Translations under genes and position numbers: made by a program
Source of the DNA: Acidobacteriota bacterium
GTDB taxonomy: Bacteria > Acidobacteriota > Thermoanaerobaculia > Multivoradales > J023
Assembly: GCA_029263355.1 (NCBI GenBank)
Contig: JAJCXQ010000420.1
Coordinates: forward strand, 1,540-65,539
Length of the DNA stretch: 64,000 nt
Reading direction: 5' to 3'
Part shown: positions 1 through 9,422 of the stretch, one piece after another
Position numbering within the stretch: the stretch's first letter is position 1
How the letters are laid out: each line of letters begins with the position of its first letter
The notes under the pieces: generated by a model
Databases searched by the model: none
Told to the model about the DNA's origin: nothing
Seen by the model: the letters and a program-made list of their open reading frames with translations, nothing else

Positions 1-340
1 CGGTGGAGTGTTTGCCATCCATCATCTTGGGCTCAAAATCGAGACCCGCGGCGGTGCAAAACTTGCCCATGTCGGTCAAGTAGCAGTCGGAGATCATCTC
101 CAACCCCATGCTGATCAGGCTGTCGTGAATCTTGCGCTGGCGATGGAGCTCGTTCTCTTCCAGGTACTCCTCGGGGAGGGTGAATTCCATCTGCTTGAAC
201 CGATAGTCGTGCATCCGGGCAGCATAGACATGACAGCCCACGAGCTTCGACTGAAACGCCTTACCCAGATTCAGGGATGTCTGGATGGCGCGATTCGAGT
301 GGTCTGAGTTGTCCACAGGGACGTAGATCGTCTCGTACAT
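1..340 (-). CDS. universal stress protein (UspA family), N-terminal part; gene runs off the left edge
   Basis: Not in the ORF track because it is open at the window edge. Reverse-strand ATG at 338-340 is preceded by GGAG. Translation MYETIYVPVDNSDHSNRAIQTSLNLGKAFQSKLVGCHVYAARMHDY... fits the UspA N-terminal pattern (hhVPVDxSxxSxxAl). Confidence 0.65.
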   Translation of the reverse strand, partial: MYETIYVPVDNSDHSNRAIQTSLNLGKAFQSKLVGCHVYAARMHDYRFKQMEFTLPEEYLEENELHRQRKIHDSLISMGLEMISDCYLTDMGKFCTAAGLDFEPKMMDGKHST

Positions 341-350
341 GTTGTCTCCG

Positions 351-2168
351 TTAACTGACTGTCTTGCCGTTCCGGCGCCGCACCATAGCGATAAAAAACA
401 ATTCGAGACCTAGGACGGTCAATCCAGCGCGGGTCATCGGACCCACCGGCGAAGGCTTTTCCAGCGGCTCGAGGTAAACCTGATACCAACCTGACAAGCC
501 GCGTTTGTTGCCACGCTCGCGATTGAAGCCGTCCCACACTGAGAAGGCGATCGGCAGGAAGGTGTCTTCCTCGAAGCTCAAGCTGCTGCTCTTACGCTTA
601 CGCTTGAAGATCACCGACCACTCACCGTTGTCGTAACTCGCCTGGGTGACGACCTCGTCACCACCTTCGGTTGGGCTCAGCGCGCTGCTGCCACGCCCTT
701 CGTAACGCTGCCCAGCGGACTTCGCCAAATCCATGAACCACAGATCCACTGGATTCTGAACGTCTCCAAACAGGAAATAAGGCTGCTGCACCCCTTCGGG
801 ATTCTTGAGCGGGAACTGCAGCGCAATGGCGTCCGAGAACTCAGTCTCCAGGGTGTCGGAGGCAGCGGAGTCGTCACCCTCTTCCTCACCCCAGAAATCG
901 TCACCGCCATCATCGCCAGCGCCGTCGTCTTCGGTGACCTCGTCGTCACCCCAGAAGCTGCCCCCGTCGTCTTCGTCCTCAGCAACTTCCTCGTCACCCC
1001 AGAAGCTGCCGCCATCGTCTTCCGTATCAGCTTCGCCTGAGGCGTCGCCGGACTGGCCGATCTCGGCCAAATGCTCGTCCCAACTCGGCGCTTGCAGATC
1101 TGGACCGTTGACACCGCCGGTTTCGGCCCGCATGTCGTTCCAGGTCACGCGAAAAGCGATCTCTTCTTCGTTGTGGATCGCTTGGGCGGTGACTTCGACG
1201 GCGGAGGGATAGAAGTTGCGGCCGGGTTCGACAATTTGGCCGAAGAGCGGGAATATCGCCGCAGGAGCCGCGGCAAAAAGCTCGGCGCCCTGCTCGAGAT
1301 CGATCTCGGTCTCGACCGGCACCGAACGCAGGAGATTGGCGTAAGGAGTATCACCTTCATCTCGCGGGCCACCGGCCAACGACAACATGTAGTCGACGAT
1401 CGCCCACATACGCTCTTGGCTCTCTTCCGGTGTGGCACCAAGGTTGTTGTGGAAGCCGGGCATCGGCGTGCCGTTGAAGCCAGTCGACATAGAACGGAAA
1501 ATGTCTTCCCGTGTTGCGCCACCACGAAACGTCCAAGGCTTGCTGAGATCGGCCACCTTGATGTGGTTGCCCCAATCGTCGACCAAGGTGGGCGCCGAGT
1601 TGCCGTCACCGCGGCCATACTCACCGTGACACCGCGCACAGCCGGTCTCTTCGTAAACTTGCCGACCAAGCGTCTGTGCAGCCTCGAGATCGTACTTCGG
1701 CGGCTCGGGAATGGTGATGGTCTCGGGATTCTGCAGCTCAGGATCTTCGAACCAATCCGAGAACGACTTGATGTACTCCACCACCGCGGAGACCTCTGCA
1801 TCCGAGAGATAGGCCTCGGTGAAGGCTGGCATCGAAGTGCCGTACAAACCGAGACGGATCGCCCGTGTGAGATCGGCGTCGGTTGGAATGTTGCCGGTGG
1901 TGGTCATCCGGACTTTGTATTTGCCGCTGGTGAAGTCACGGGGGCGAGGCTTGAGACGCGAAGCTGCAACACCTTCACCGTCGCCTTGATCTCCGTGGCA
2001 ATGCCCGCACCACTTGGTATAAACCTCGAATCCAAGCTCGTTGCTCGCATCCTGCGCGGACAGCGAAGCCGGCAACAGGGCGATGACGAGGCCCACGACG
2101 AGGATGGTGCGCATGCTGAAGCCCCTGACAGCCGCTGAGTCGAACATTTCCGATCGCGATGTACTCAT
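351..2168 (-). CDS. secreted diheme c-type cytochrome fused to a C-terminal EB_dh/DOMON-like heme-binding domain
   Basis: Two CxxCH motifs (CGHCH, CARCH). Sec signal MRTILVVGLVIALLPASLSAQD. C-terminal block ...FSVWDGFNRERGNKRGLSGWYQVYLE resembles the ethylbenzene-dehydrogenase gamma-like (EB_dh) fold. The ATG at 2166-2168 overlaps the upstream stop by 1 nt (TGATG); an alternative start is 2114. The ORF-track extension to 2333 overlaps the upstream gene. Confidence 0.75.
   Translation of the reverse strand: MSTSRSEMFDSAAVRGFSMRTILVVGLVIALLPASLSAQDASNELGFEVYTKWCGHCHGDQGDGEGVAASRLKPRPRDFTSGKYKVRMTTTGNIPTDADLTRAIRLGLYGTSMPAFTEAYLSDAEVSAVVEYIKSFSDWFEDPELQNPETITIPEPPKYDLEAAQTLGRQVYEETGCARCHGEYGRGDGNSAPTLVDDWGNHIKVADLSKPWTFRGGATREDIFRSMSTGFNGTPMPGFHNNLGATPEESQERMWAIVDYMLSLAGGPRDEGDTPYANLLRSVPVETEIDLEQGAELFAAAPAAIFPLFGQIVEPGRNFYPSAVEVTAQAIHNEEEIAFRVTWNDMRAETGGVNGPDLQAPSWDEHLAEIGQSGDASGEADTEDDGGSFWGDEEVAEDEDDGGSFWGDDEVTEDDGAGDDGGDDFWGEEEGDDSAASDTLETEFSDAIALQFPLKNPEGVQQPYFLFGDVQNPVDLWFMDLAKSAGQRYEGRGSSALSPTEGGDEVVTQASYDNGEWSVIFKRKRKSSSLSFEEDTFLPIAFSVWDGFNRERGNKRGLSGWYQVYLEPLEKPSPVGPMTRAGLTVLGLELFFIAMVRRRNGKTVS
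880..1030 (-). repeat. imperfect tandem repeats encoding an acidic (D/E)-rich FWG(D/E) linker
   Basis: The core tcaccccagaa recurs at 885, 945 and 983. The protein reads DDGGSFWGDEEVAEDEDDGGSFWGDDEVTEDDGAGDDGGDDFWGEEEGDD. Confidence 0.7.
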
Positions 2169-2977
2169 CAGTGCATCTCGACGGCGCGTGGCTGGTGGCC
2201 GGTAAAATCGTAGAGGAAGAGGATGACGTTCCACATCTCTTCTTCGGTCAGGAAGTTTTCCCATGCAGGCATGGCGCTCTGCCACGGACCGCCTTCTTCT
2301 GGCATGCCGGGAGCACCCTTGGAAATCCGCCAAAATAGAAATGCTTCACGCAGCATGGCGATGGTGCCCGGATCTTGGAAGTTGGTCGGAATCGGATTCA
2401 GAGCGTGCGCATACATGCCGGCGCCCGCCATGAGATCGCCGTGACAGTAGAAGCAATTTTCGTAATAGATCGCACGCCCCAGCTCAAGACGCTCCTTGAA
2501 TTCTTCCGGATTCGACGTCTCGAGCTCACGGTAGGGATTGTCGGCGGTACCGAGAGCGAGCTCACTGTCGTGCACGGTGATCGAATCCGGCGGCGCCGGA
2601 TGCACCGTGCGGGCAAAAAATGGCGCCTGGGGCGTGGCCGTCATGTCGGCATAGATGCGAAACGCCACCAACGCTGGAATGGCCAACGCGACCAGCACCA
2701 GTAACGGCCGATAACGCGGCTCGACGACGAACGCCTGAATCGGCTGCCAGAATTCGCTCATGCGCCGTGAGTCGGTCAGCACAAACGCAAACAGCGACAG
2801 GCTAATGATGCCCATGTAAATTTTGATCACCGAAACGGGCACCGGCACCACAAAAACGTAGTTCAGGACCAGGAACATGCCGAGCCACCAGGCCGCAACC
2901 CAGGTCAATATGCCTACCCGGCGCCAGCGCAGCACGAGCATCACCGCTACGAAGGCTATTAGGACCCACCAATTCAT
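2168..2977 (-). CDS. membrane-anchored monoheme cytochrome c (about 4 N-terminal TM helices)
   Basis: 269-aa ORF with a hydrophobic N-terminal half and CFYCH in the C-terminal soluble domain. ATGA overlap with the upstream gene at 2974-2977. Confidence 0.8.
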   Translation of the reverse strand: MNWWVLIAFVAVMLVLRWRRVGILTWVAAWWLGMFLVLNYVFVVPVPVSVIKIYMGIISLSLFAFVLTDSRRMSEFWQPIQAFVVEPRYRPLLVLVALAIPALVAFRIYADMTATPQAPFFARTVHPAPPDSITVHDSELALGTADNPYRELETSNPEEFKERLELGRAIYYENCFYCHGDLMAGAGMYAHALNPIPTNFQDPGTIAMLREAFLFWRISKGAPGMPEEGGPWQSAMPAWENFLTEEEMWNVILFLYDFTGHQPRAVEMH

Positions 2978-3789
2978 CCTTCTTCGCCTCTCTTGTCTGC
3001 CAGGTGTTGCACCAAGGTGGCGAGCTCGCCCATGGTCACTTGATCCAGGCCATCGTCGCCAGGGTGATTATAAAGCTTCGACAGCAGCTGATCAGGGCTC
3101 AGACGCGCGCCGATGCCTCTGAGGCTTGGGCTGACGGGATCGGTGGGCGTGTCGGCATCGTGACAGCGCGCGCAACCGTAGGTGTCGAGCACCGTGTTTC
3201 CGCCAGGCACCGTGTTTCCGCCAGACACATCGCCGCCACCGGCTTCGGCCACCAATACTTCACCGCCATCGCCGCCCCCAGCTGGGCCCCCACCGAGCAC
3301 ACCACCGGTGTAAACCAACTTGGTCTCCATGGTCACGGTCGCCTGCCCACCCAGGGTCTGCAAATAGGCGATCACTGCCAAGATTTCCTGGTCGGTGAGG
3401 CCAATCGGCGGCTTGTTGATCTTGGGCATTCCTGGGCTGTAGCCATCGACGATGTAAATGTCGGGCTCGTAGAGCGCCTCGGCAATGTAGTCGATGGCGG
3501 TGTAACCCTCAGCGCGACGGCGTTCCGCCGCTCGCACCGCGAGCCCATCCATATCGGGGAAACGTAATGAACCCGTCTTGCCGATCGTGTGGCAAGTCGA
3601 GCAAATACCCTTACCCAAGTAGATCTCTTTGCCGATCTCGACCATCTCCTCGGTGGAGACGTCAGACGCGATCTCGATGACTTCGGGAGGCTGAACCTCT
3701 TTCTGAGGCACAGCTTGACCAACCATCATGTAGAAGCCGGTCAAGCCCACCGTGAGTACGGCGAGTTGCAATGGAATCGGTATCTTCAT
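2974..3789 (-). CDS. diheme c-type cytochrome with N-terminal anchor/signal
   Basis: CSTCH and CARCH motifs separated by a Gly-rich linker. Its start overlaps the stop of the upstream gene by 1 nt (TAATG at 3787-3791). Confidence 0.8.
   Translation of the reverse strand: MKIPIPLQLAVLTVGLTGFYMMVGQAVPQKEVQPPEVIEIASDVSTEEMVEIGKEIYLGKGICSTCHTIGKTGSLRFPDMDGLAVRAAERRRAEGYTAIDYIAEALYEPDIYIVDGYSPGMPKINKPPIGLTDQEILAVIAYLQTLGGQATVTMETKLVYTGGVLGGGPAGGGDGGEVLVAEAGGGDVSGGNTVPGGNTVLDTYGCARCHDADTPTDPVSPSLRGIGARLSPDQLLSKLYNHPGDDGLDQVTMGELATLVQHLADKRGEEG
3190..3225 (-). repeat. 18-bp tandem duplication inside the diheme cytochrome gene
   Basis: caccgtgtttccgccagg / caccgtgtttccgccaga (17/18 identical), encoding GGNTVPGGNTV. 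Confidence 0.85.
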
Positions 3790-5810
3790 TACGTCTTCAG
3801 AGTTGAGGGTGGTTCGTTGCTAGCGGTGTTGTAGCCCGAAGCGCCCGTCGACAACCCACCGCTGGCGCTCATGGCAGTCGCCCCAGGTCCGGCCGAAAGA
3901 CCGGGCGCAGCCGACAAACCGGGGGCCGCCGACAGATCGGGTGCGGTAGACGACTCCGGCGCGGTGCCTTTGAGCTCCTGATACTTCTTCCTGTTGGTCA
4001 AGCCGGTCAGGTAGAAGATGAACCCGATCAACGCGAAGAAGACCAGCACCGTGAAGGAGACGACTTGGGTCGCAAAACCCAGCGTTGGCGTGTAGGCGTC
4101 AACCGAGGTGTCTCGGATCACACCGAAGACGTGCCAATGCTGGCGCAATCCGGCGCGGACATAACCCATCAGGCCCATGAGCCAAGTGAAGGTGACCGCC
4201 AGCATGATCAGCAAATACTGGGAGATCGGTCGGATCTTCCCCCAATTTGTTTCGGCGGTCTCGGCCTTGCGCAGCAGGAAGACGTCGATCAAGGTAACCA
4301 GCACCAGCGCCGCTAGCACGGATCCTACCTGTGGCACCGAGAATCCAATTCGGGTCTTGGCATCAACAAAATAGCCGGCGATACCGTAGCCGATCACCGT
4401 GGTGGCAGCGCCGGCGAAGATCAGGAACTGTACAAAGTTGGCTTGTTTGGCCCACGACACGGTTGGGATCTTGCCACTGCGTCGATAGAGCACGAAGCTC
4501 AAGAAGGTGGTGAGAATGAGAATGTTGACGGCGGTGTTTTTGGCCGACATCACCCCGAGGTAACCCAGCATTGGATGTGACGAGCCGCCCATCGCCTGGA
4601 TCTCTTCGGTGGTGGAGAGGATCGAGCGCGGTGTCGCCCAGATGGCGAAGCAGATCGTGATCACCACCAGCATCGGCCAGATGAAGGAACGGTAACGTTC
4701 CGCACCCTTGATTCGGCCCATGCCCAACCATAAGTACCAGTTGGCGAACAGGAATAGGTTGCCGATCAGGATCGCCTGGATAATGAATAGCCAGGAGAAC
4801 GCGCCGCCCATCATCGTCAAGCCCATGGTCTGCGAGAAGGCGTAGATCTCAGATGCCAGCCAGTAGCCGGCGAAAGGCAAAGGCAAGAGGCCGCAGATGG
4901 CGACGAAGTTGCCCATGTAACCCATCCAGTCGTAATGGGCGCGCTCTTCGTCGGTTTTGGCTTGGAGAAATTGGAACGCGGCGTAGGCGGCGGCGATCGA
5001 GCCGCCGAAGGCGACATTGGCGATGATGCGGTGGATGTTGATTGGCATCCAGGTGTAATTGGTGATCGCCTCCCAGGTCGAGATCACCGCGCCGCTCTCG
5101 GCAATACCCGCCGGTGTCGACATGAACGTCAGCCAGGCGTTGGCGATGAACATCAACGCGGTGCCAACCACATTGAGCATCAGGCCGAGGAAGAGATGTA
5201 CCCGCGGCGAAAACTTGCCCCAGCCGTAGTAGTAGCTGTAGAGGAAGCCCGCTTCAGCGAAGAACAACAACACGTAGGGCAGAAAAGTCGGCGAGAACAC
5301 CGACATCAGATAGTTGGTGAACTTCGGGTACAGGATGATCAACATGAAGGTCAATCCGGCGCCCAAACTAGCGGTGAACGCAAACGACGCCGACAGCAAC
5401 TTGGTGAACTCGTAAGCCAGCTTGTCGTAACGCTCATCCTTGGTTCGATAGCCGATGAACTCGATGATCAGAGCGAAGATCGGCACCGCCAGCACGAAGG
5501 CGGCAAACAGTAGATGGAGCTGGGCCACAATCCAGATAGCGACCCGGCTGCCGATTCGAGGGACGGTGCGATACTCCGCTTCCTCGTAGGGCTTTTCGAG
5601 CTCTTTGGCGGCTGTCGCCTCCGCGGACTCCCGCAGCGCCTGGGCACGCGGCGTCTCCGCCGGGGCCTCGACCGAAGCCTTCGTACGTACCGGCGACTTG
5701 AACGCCATTTTGTCGTCGAAGGTACTGAGGAACTTGAACGAGGCCACGATCACGGCGACCATGGCCAAAACCCCGAACAATATCGGGAGAACAGGCGGCT
5801 TACGGCTCAT
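3789..5810 (-). CDS. cytochrome bd subunit I (CydA)-superfamily polytopic membrane protein, no CydB partner
   Basis: By-eye alignment to E. coli CydA: AQLHLLF (His19 region), FFAEAGFLYSYYYGW (Glu99 region), IANAWLTFMSTPAG (ANGWMQNP motif), NIHRIIANVAFGGSIAAAY (His186 helix). Start chosen at the ATG at 5808-5810 (MSRKPPVLPILFG...), downstream of the preceding stop. The C-terminal tail is low-complexity (SAAPGL repeats). Confidence 0.7.
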   Translation of the reverse strand: MSRKPPVLPILFGVLAMVAVIVASFKFLSTFDDKMAFKSPVRTKASVEAPAETPRAQALRESAEATAAKELEKPYEEAEYRTVPRIGSRVAIWIVAQLHLLFAAFVLAVPIFALIIEFIGYRTKDERYDKLAYEFTKLLSASFAFTASLGAGLTFMLIILYPKFTNYLMSVFSPTFLPYVLLFFAEAGFLYSYYYGWGKFSPRVHLFLGLMLNVVGTALMFIANAWLTFMSTPAGIAESGAVISTWEAITNYTWMPINIHRIIANVAFGGSIAAAYAAFQFLQAKTDEERAHYDWMGYMGNFVAICGLLPLPFAGYWLASEIYAFSQTMGLTMMGGAFSWLFIIQAILIGNLFLFANWYLWLGMGRIKGAERYRSFIWPMLVVITICFAIWATPRSILSTTEEIQAMGGSSHPMLGYLGVMSAKNTAVNILILTTFLSFVLYRRSGKIPTVSWAKQANFVQFLIFAGAATTVIGYGIAGYFVDAKTRIGFSVPQVGSVLAALVLVTLIDVFLLRKAETAETNWGKIRPISQYLLIMLAVTFTWLMGLMGYVRAGLRQHWHVFGVIRDTSVDAYTPTLGFATQVVSFTVLVFFALIGFIFYLTGLTNRKKYQELKGTAPESSTAPDLSAAPGLSAAPGLSAGPGATAMSASGGLSTGASGYNTASNEPPSTLKT
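3889..3960 (-). repeat. about 4 imperfect 18-bp repeats encoding the (S/T)AAPGL tail of the CydA-like protein
   Basis: gcagccgacaaaccgggg / gccgccgacagatcgggt / gcggtagacgactccggc, with a flanking degenerate copy. The protein reads APDLSAAPGLSAAPGLSAGPG. Confidence 0.6.
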
Positions 5811-5835
5811 CTGACTCAAAACGACTCCAGCAGTC

Positions 5836-6402
5836 TCATGATCCGGCCTCGCTCTGCAGGCGGCGCACGTAGGCGATGATCGCCCAACGGTCACGCGGCG
5901 GAATCGGATATTTGTAGCCCGACATCAAGCCGAGGCCATTGGTGATGACGTCGAACATCTGGCCGTCAGGTATGTCAAGCAACCTTTGCTGGTGGAGGTC
6001 CGCGGATTCGATCTGCGCCCGTTCCCACAGCACCCCTTTGCCGGTACCACGCTGATTGTGGCACGGGGCACAGTAGATGTCGTAGCGCTCTTTGCCGCGC
6101 AGCACGAGCTCTTCATCAATTTCAAAAGGAATCTTGGAGACGATCGCCCCAGCTTCATCGAGGCCGGTGTAGAACGCCGTGTCTTCATGCAACTCGCCGC
6201 GCGCCACGGTACCTTCCAGCGGCAATCGCATCGTCGCGCCATCGTAGAAGAAGTCGCTCGCCGCTTGCGCCCGATACTTCGGTTGATGGTCCATGTTGGG
6301 ATTGGGATGAATCGGCGGACGAGGTGAGGTCGCACCGCGCCAACAACCAGACACTGTGACCAACAGCAAGACTGCGATTACCTTGGCTCTTGTGCCGTTC
6401 AC
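5836..6402 (-). CDS. lipoprotein monoheme cytochrome c (ActE-like)
   Basis: CAPCH motif and lipobox LLVTVSGC. GTG start at 6400-6402 is preceded by GAGGA. The ORF-track extension to 6561 overlaps the actB 3' end. Confidence 0.7.
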   Translation of the reverse strand: MNGTRAKVIAVLLLVTVSGCWRGATSPRPPIHPNPNMDHQPKYRAQAASDFFYDGATMRLPLEGTVARGELHEDTAFYTGLDEAGAIVSKIPFEIDEELVLRGKERYDIYCAPCHNQRGTGKGVLWERAQIESADLHQQRLLDIPDGQMFDVITNGLGLMSGYKYPIPPRDRWAIIAYVRRLQSEAGS

Positions 6403-6455
6403 TGCTGTTCCTCTAGCTTTTCGCCGGCTTTCCGTCAACAGATTCTCCTCGCGGC

Positions 6456-9422
6456 TCACGCCCAGTCGGGGTTGGGGTTCCGCAACCGGCCGAGGTAGGA
6501 GGTTCGCGGTCGATTGTTGAGCTCGCCCAGCAGGTCGTAGTCGCGATCCGATCCTTTCCATTGTGAGACGCTGCTCTCAGAGTCGCGAATGTTGCCGAAG
6601 ACGATGGCTTCGGTGGGACAGGTCTGCTGGCAGGCGGTCTTGATCTCGCCGTCGCGCGGCGTCCGGCCTTCTTTCTTGGCGGTGATTTTGGTCTCGCTGA
6701 TGCGCTGCACACAGTAGGTGCATTTTTCCATCACGCCGCGAGAGCGCACCGTCACGTCCGGGTTCATTGCCATCTTCATCAACTCGGGCGTGTCTTTGGT
6801 GTAGTTGAAGAAGTTGAAGCGCCGTACCTTGTAGGGACAGTTGTTCGAGCAGTAACGCGTGCCGATGCAACGGTTGTAGACCATGGCGTTCAAGCCTTCG
6901 TCATCGTGCACGGTCGCGGCGACCGGGCACACTTGCTCGCAGGGTGCGTTCTCACAATGCATGCAGGGAATCGGCTGGAAGGCCACCTCGGGCTCTTCCG
7001 GCTTTCCTGAAAAATAGCGGTCGATCCGCAGCCAATGCATTTCCCGTCCGCGTGACACTTGCTCTTTGCCGACCACCGGGATGTTGTTTTCACTCTGGCA
7101 AGCGATAACGCAGGCGTTGCAGCCGATGCACGAGTTGAGATCGATCGCCATACCCCACTGTGGCGACTTGTCATAGGAGTGCGACGGGAAGAGTTGGTGC
7201 GATTCGTCAGGGTCGTGCTTATGGCCCACAAAGTGCGGGTCCTCACGATACTCCTCGAGGGTCGCCTCGCGAATGAGCGGCCGCCCCTCCATGTCCCAAT
7301 GCTCTTGGGTCTGCGCCAACAAATGTGAACCCTTGACTTTAGTGAGACTCAAGCCGCCATCGAAATAGGGAGCGGACGAGTCACGCAGCGCGTAGGCGTT
7401 GGCGCCGACGCCATCACCCACTCGGCCGGCTGACGTGCGACCGTATCCCAGGGCCAGCGCTACCGAGTCATCGGCCTGTCCCGGCAATACAAAAATCGGC
7501 AACTCGAGGTTACGGTCACGGTAACCCAGACTCACCATATCGCCGCTTTCGAGGTCAAATTGCTCGGCGGTCGCGGGGCTGATCAGCGCCGCGTTGTCCC
7601 AGGTGATTTTGGTGATGGCGTCGGGCAACTCTTGGAGCCACGAGCTATTGGCAAAACGGCCATCGAACGTTGCCCGTGAGGCATGCAGGGTAAGCTCGAG
7701 GGCGCCATCAGCTTCGGGGGACACTAGCTCGGGGACGTTGATCTCGGTTACGGCGACAGCCGGCGAGGCACCCCCCTCGGCCACGTCTTGCGCTCTTCCG
7801 TCGTGCAGCACCCGGCGCCACTTGGCTTCGAACCCCTCGGCGCCAAGCAAACTGAGCCAGGTTTCGCGTACCACGTCGTACCCCGACCGAGCGGCCGCAC
7901 CCCGCACCAATCGTTCAACGATTTCGAGCTCGCTGCGGCCACCGAGCAGCGGTGCGATCAGCGGCTGGACAACACTCAACGTGCCGTCAGCGGAGCGGGC
8001 GTCTCCCCAAGCTTCGAAAGCATGTGCCGCCGGCAAATGCCAGTGGACTTGCCGCGAGGTCTCATCGAGATGACTCGACAAATGAATACTTTGCCCAACC
8101 TCTGCTAGAGCGCCCGCAAAATCGAGATCTGCTGGCGCAGAATACACCGGGTTGCCACCTAGGATCAGCAGCGTCTCGACGGCCCCACCACGCATGTCTT
8201 CGACCAGTGAGACCAGAGCATCGGGGCCGCCGTAGGCAACGTCGTCGAGCGCATGCAGGGTCAAGGTTGAACCCACAGCACCTAGCGCCTGGTTCATGGC
8301 GAGAGCCAGAGCATGCACCTCAGGCGGCTGGCTGCGACCAGCGATAACTACTGCCTCGCCGGGAGACGCCGCCAGATCCGCTGCGATCATCTTGGCTCGC
8401 GCCCCTGCCTCACCCGGCAACTCAGCTGCCGACGCGGTGACCGTAACACCTAGGTCACGCGCCACTGCGACCGCGAACGACGCCACCTCGCGGCTCTTCA
8501 GACGGACGCGATGATCAGCGGTCGATCCGGTGATCGACAGGCTGCTTTCGACCGCATAGAGCCGATTGACGTCGTCGGACGGCCCCGCGACTCGGCGTCC
8601 CTTGGCATAACCCCGGGCCGCAGCCAGGCTGTCGCTCTCGGTGTGCAGAATGTCGGCGTCGAGAGTCAGGATCTTGCGCGCTTGGTCGAGGTGATAAACC
8701 GGCCGACTCGCGACACCGGTGGCCATCTCGCAGCCGACGAAGATGTTGGCGTCGCCGAGCGGCTCATGGACGACCCACTTGGCTTGTGGCATCGCGCTCG
8801 CCAACTCCGTCGCTAGCCTTGCCAGGGCTGGCGAACAGTGGGCGCCGCTCAAGATCGCTAGACCAGCGCCACCGGTCGCTTCCAACTCGCTACGTCGTGC
8901 GTCGAAGAAGGCGTCGAAAGCCAGCCAGTCGGAAGGCGCCGACTCGGTGTCTTCGGCTCCGCGATGGCGCACCTTGCCCGATCGGTCAGGATCGAAGAGG
9001 CTCAACGGCGAGGCCTGAGTCCAAGTACTGGCTGCCCCCTGAGAGGCGGGGTGGAGCTCGTTACCTTCAACCTTGGAGGGCCGGCCCTCGTGGCTCTCCA
9101 CCACCACGCCGTAGGCGCTGCTGCCGAAAGGCAGGGTCGACGCAAAATGTTTGGGGACGCCCGGAATCGTGTACTCGGGAGCGTTGACATAGGGGACGAT
9201 CTTCTCCACCGGACGACGGCAACCCTCGAGCCCGACCATGGCGAAGGAAGCGCCCATCAGCGACATCATCGTCCGACGACTCACCGCATCGGGCGGGGAG
9301 TCGGCGCCATCGGGAAACTCAGGCTGCGCGGCGAGCTCTTCCTGCACCGCAGGCGAGCCGAGGAGCCGGTCGAGACTCCGCCAGTATTGCTTGCTTTCGG
9401 GCGGGGATTTCAACGATGACAT
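6456..9422 (-). CDS. actB: alternative complex III subunit ActB (Tat-exported Mo-pterin-like domain fused to a 4-cluster FeS domain)
   Basis: Begins MSSLKSPPESKQYWRSLDRL...SRRTMMSLMGASFAMVGLEGC (twin-arginine signal). C-terminal ferredoxin motifs CIGCNACVIAC, CMHCENAPCEQVCP, CIGTRYCSNNCPYKVRRFNF, CTYC...TACQQTCP. The ORF-track start at 9866 lies inside actA and was rejected. Confidence 0.85.
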   Translation of the reverse strand: MSSLKSPPESKQYWRSLDRLLGSPAVQEELAAQPEFPDGADSPPDAVSRRTMMSLMGASFAMVGLEGCRRPVEKIVPYVNAPEYTIPGVPKHFASTLPFGSSAYGVVVESHEGRPSKVEGNELHPASQGAASTWTQASPLSLFDPDRSGKVRHRGAEDTESAPSDWLAFDAFFDARRSELEATGGAGLAILSGAHCSPALARLATELASAMPQAKWVVHEPLGDANIFVGCEMATGVASRPVYHLDQARKILTLDADILHTESDSLAAARGYAKGRRVAGPSDDVNRLYAVESSLSITGSTADHRVRLKSREVASFAVAVARDLGVTVTASAAELPGEAGARAKMIAADLAASPGEAVVIAGRSQPPEVHALALAMNQALGAVGSTLTLHALDDVAYGGPDALVSLVEDMRGGAVETLLILGGNPVYSAPADLDFAGALAEVGQSIHLSSHLDETSRQVHWHLPAAHAFEAWGDARSADGTLSVVQPLIAPLLGGRSELEIVERLVRGAAARSGYDVVRETWLSLLGAEGFEAKWRRVLHDGRAQDVAEGGASPAVAVTEINVPELVSPEADGALELTLHASRATFDGRFANSSWLQELPDAITKITWDNAALISPATAEQFDLESGDMVSLGYRDRNLELPIFVLPGQADDSVALALGYGRTSAGRVGDGVGANAYALRDSSAPYFDGGLSLTKVKGSHLLAQTQEHWDMEGRPLIREATLEEYREDPHFVGHKHDPDESHQLFPSHSYDKSPQWGMAIDLNSCIGCNACVIACQSENNIPVVGKEQVSRGREMHWLRIDRYFSGKPEEPEVAFQPIPCMHCENAPCEQVCPVAATVHDDEGLNAMVYNRCIGTRYCSNNCPYKVRRFNFFNYTKDTPELMKMAMNPDVTVRSRGVMEKCTYCVQRISETKITAKKEGRTPRDGEIKTACQQTCPTEAIVFGNIRDSESSVSQWKGSDRDYDLLGELNNRPRTSYLGRLRNPNPDWA

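Noticed and set aside
1071-5513. Plus-strand ORFs of 187-355 aa opposite the cytochrome and CydA-like genes (1071..2138, 3004..3567, 4935..5513)
   Set aside because: They are antisense to genes with heme-binding or CydA motifs and operon-style overlaps, with low-complexity translations.
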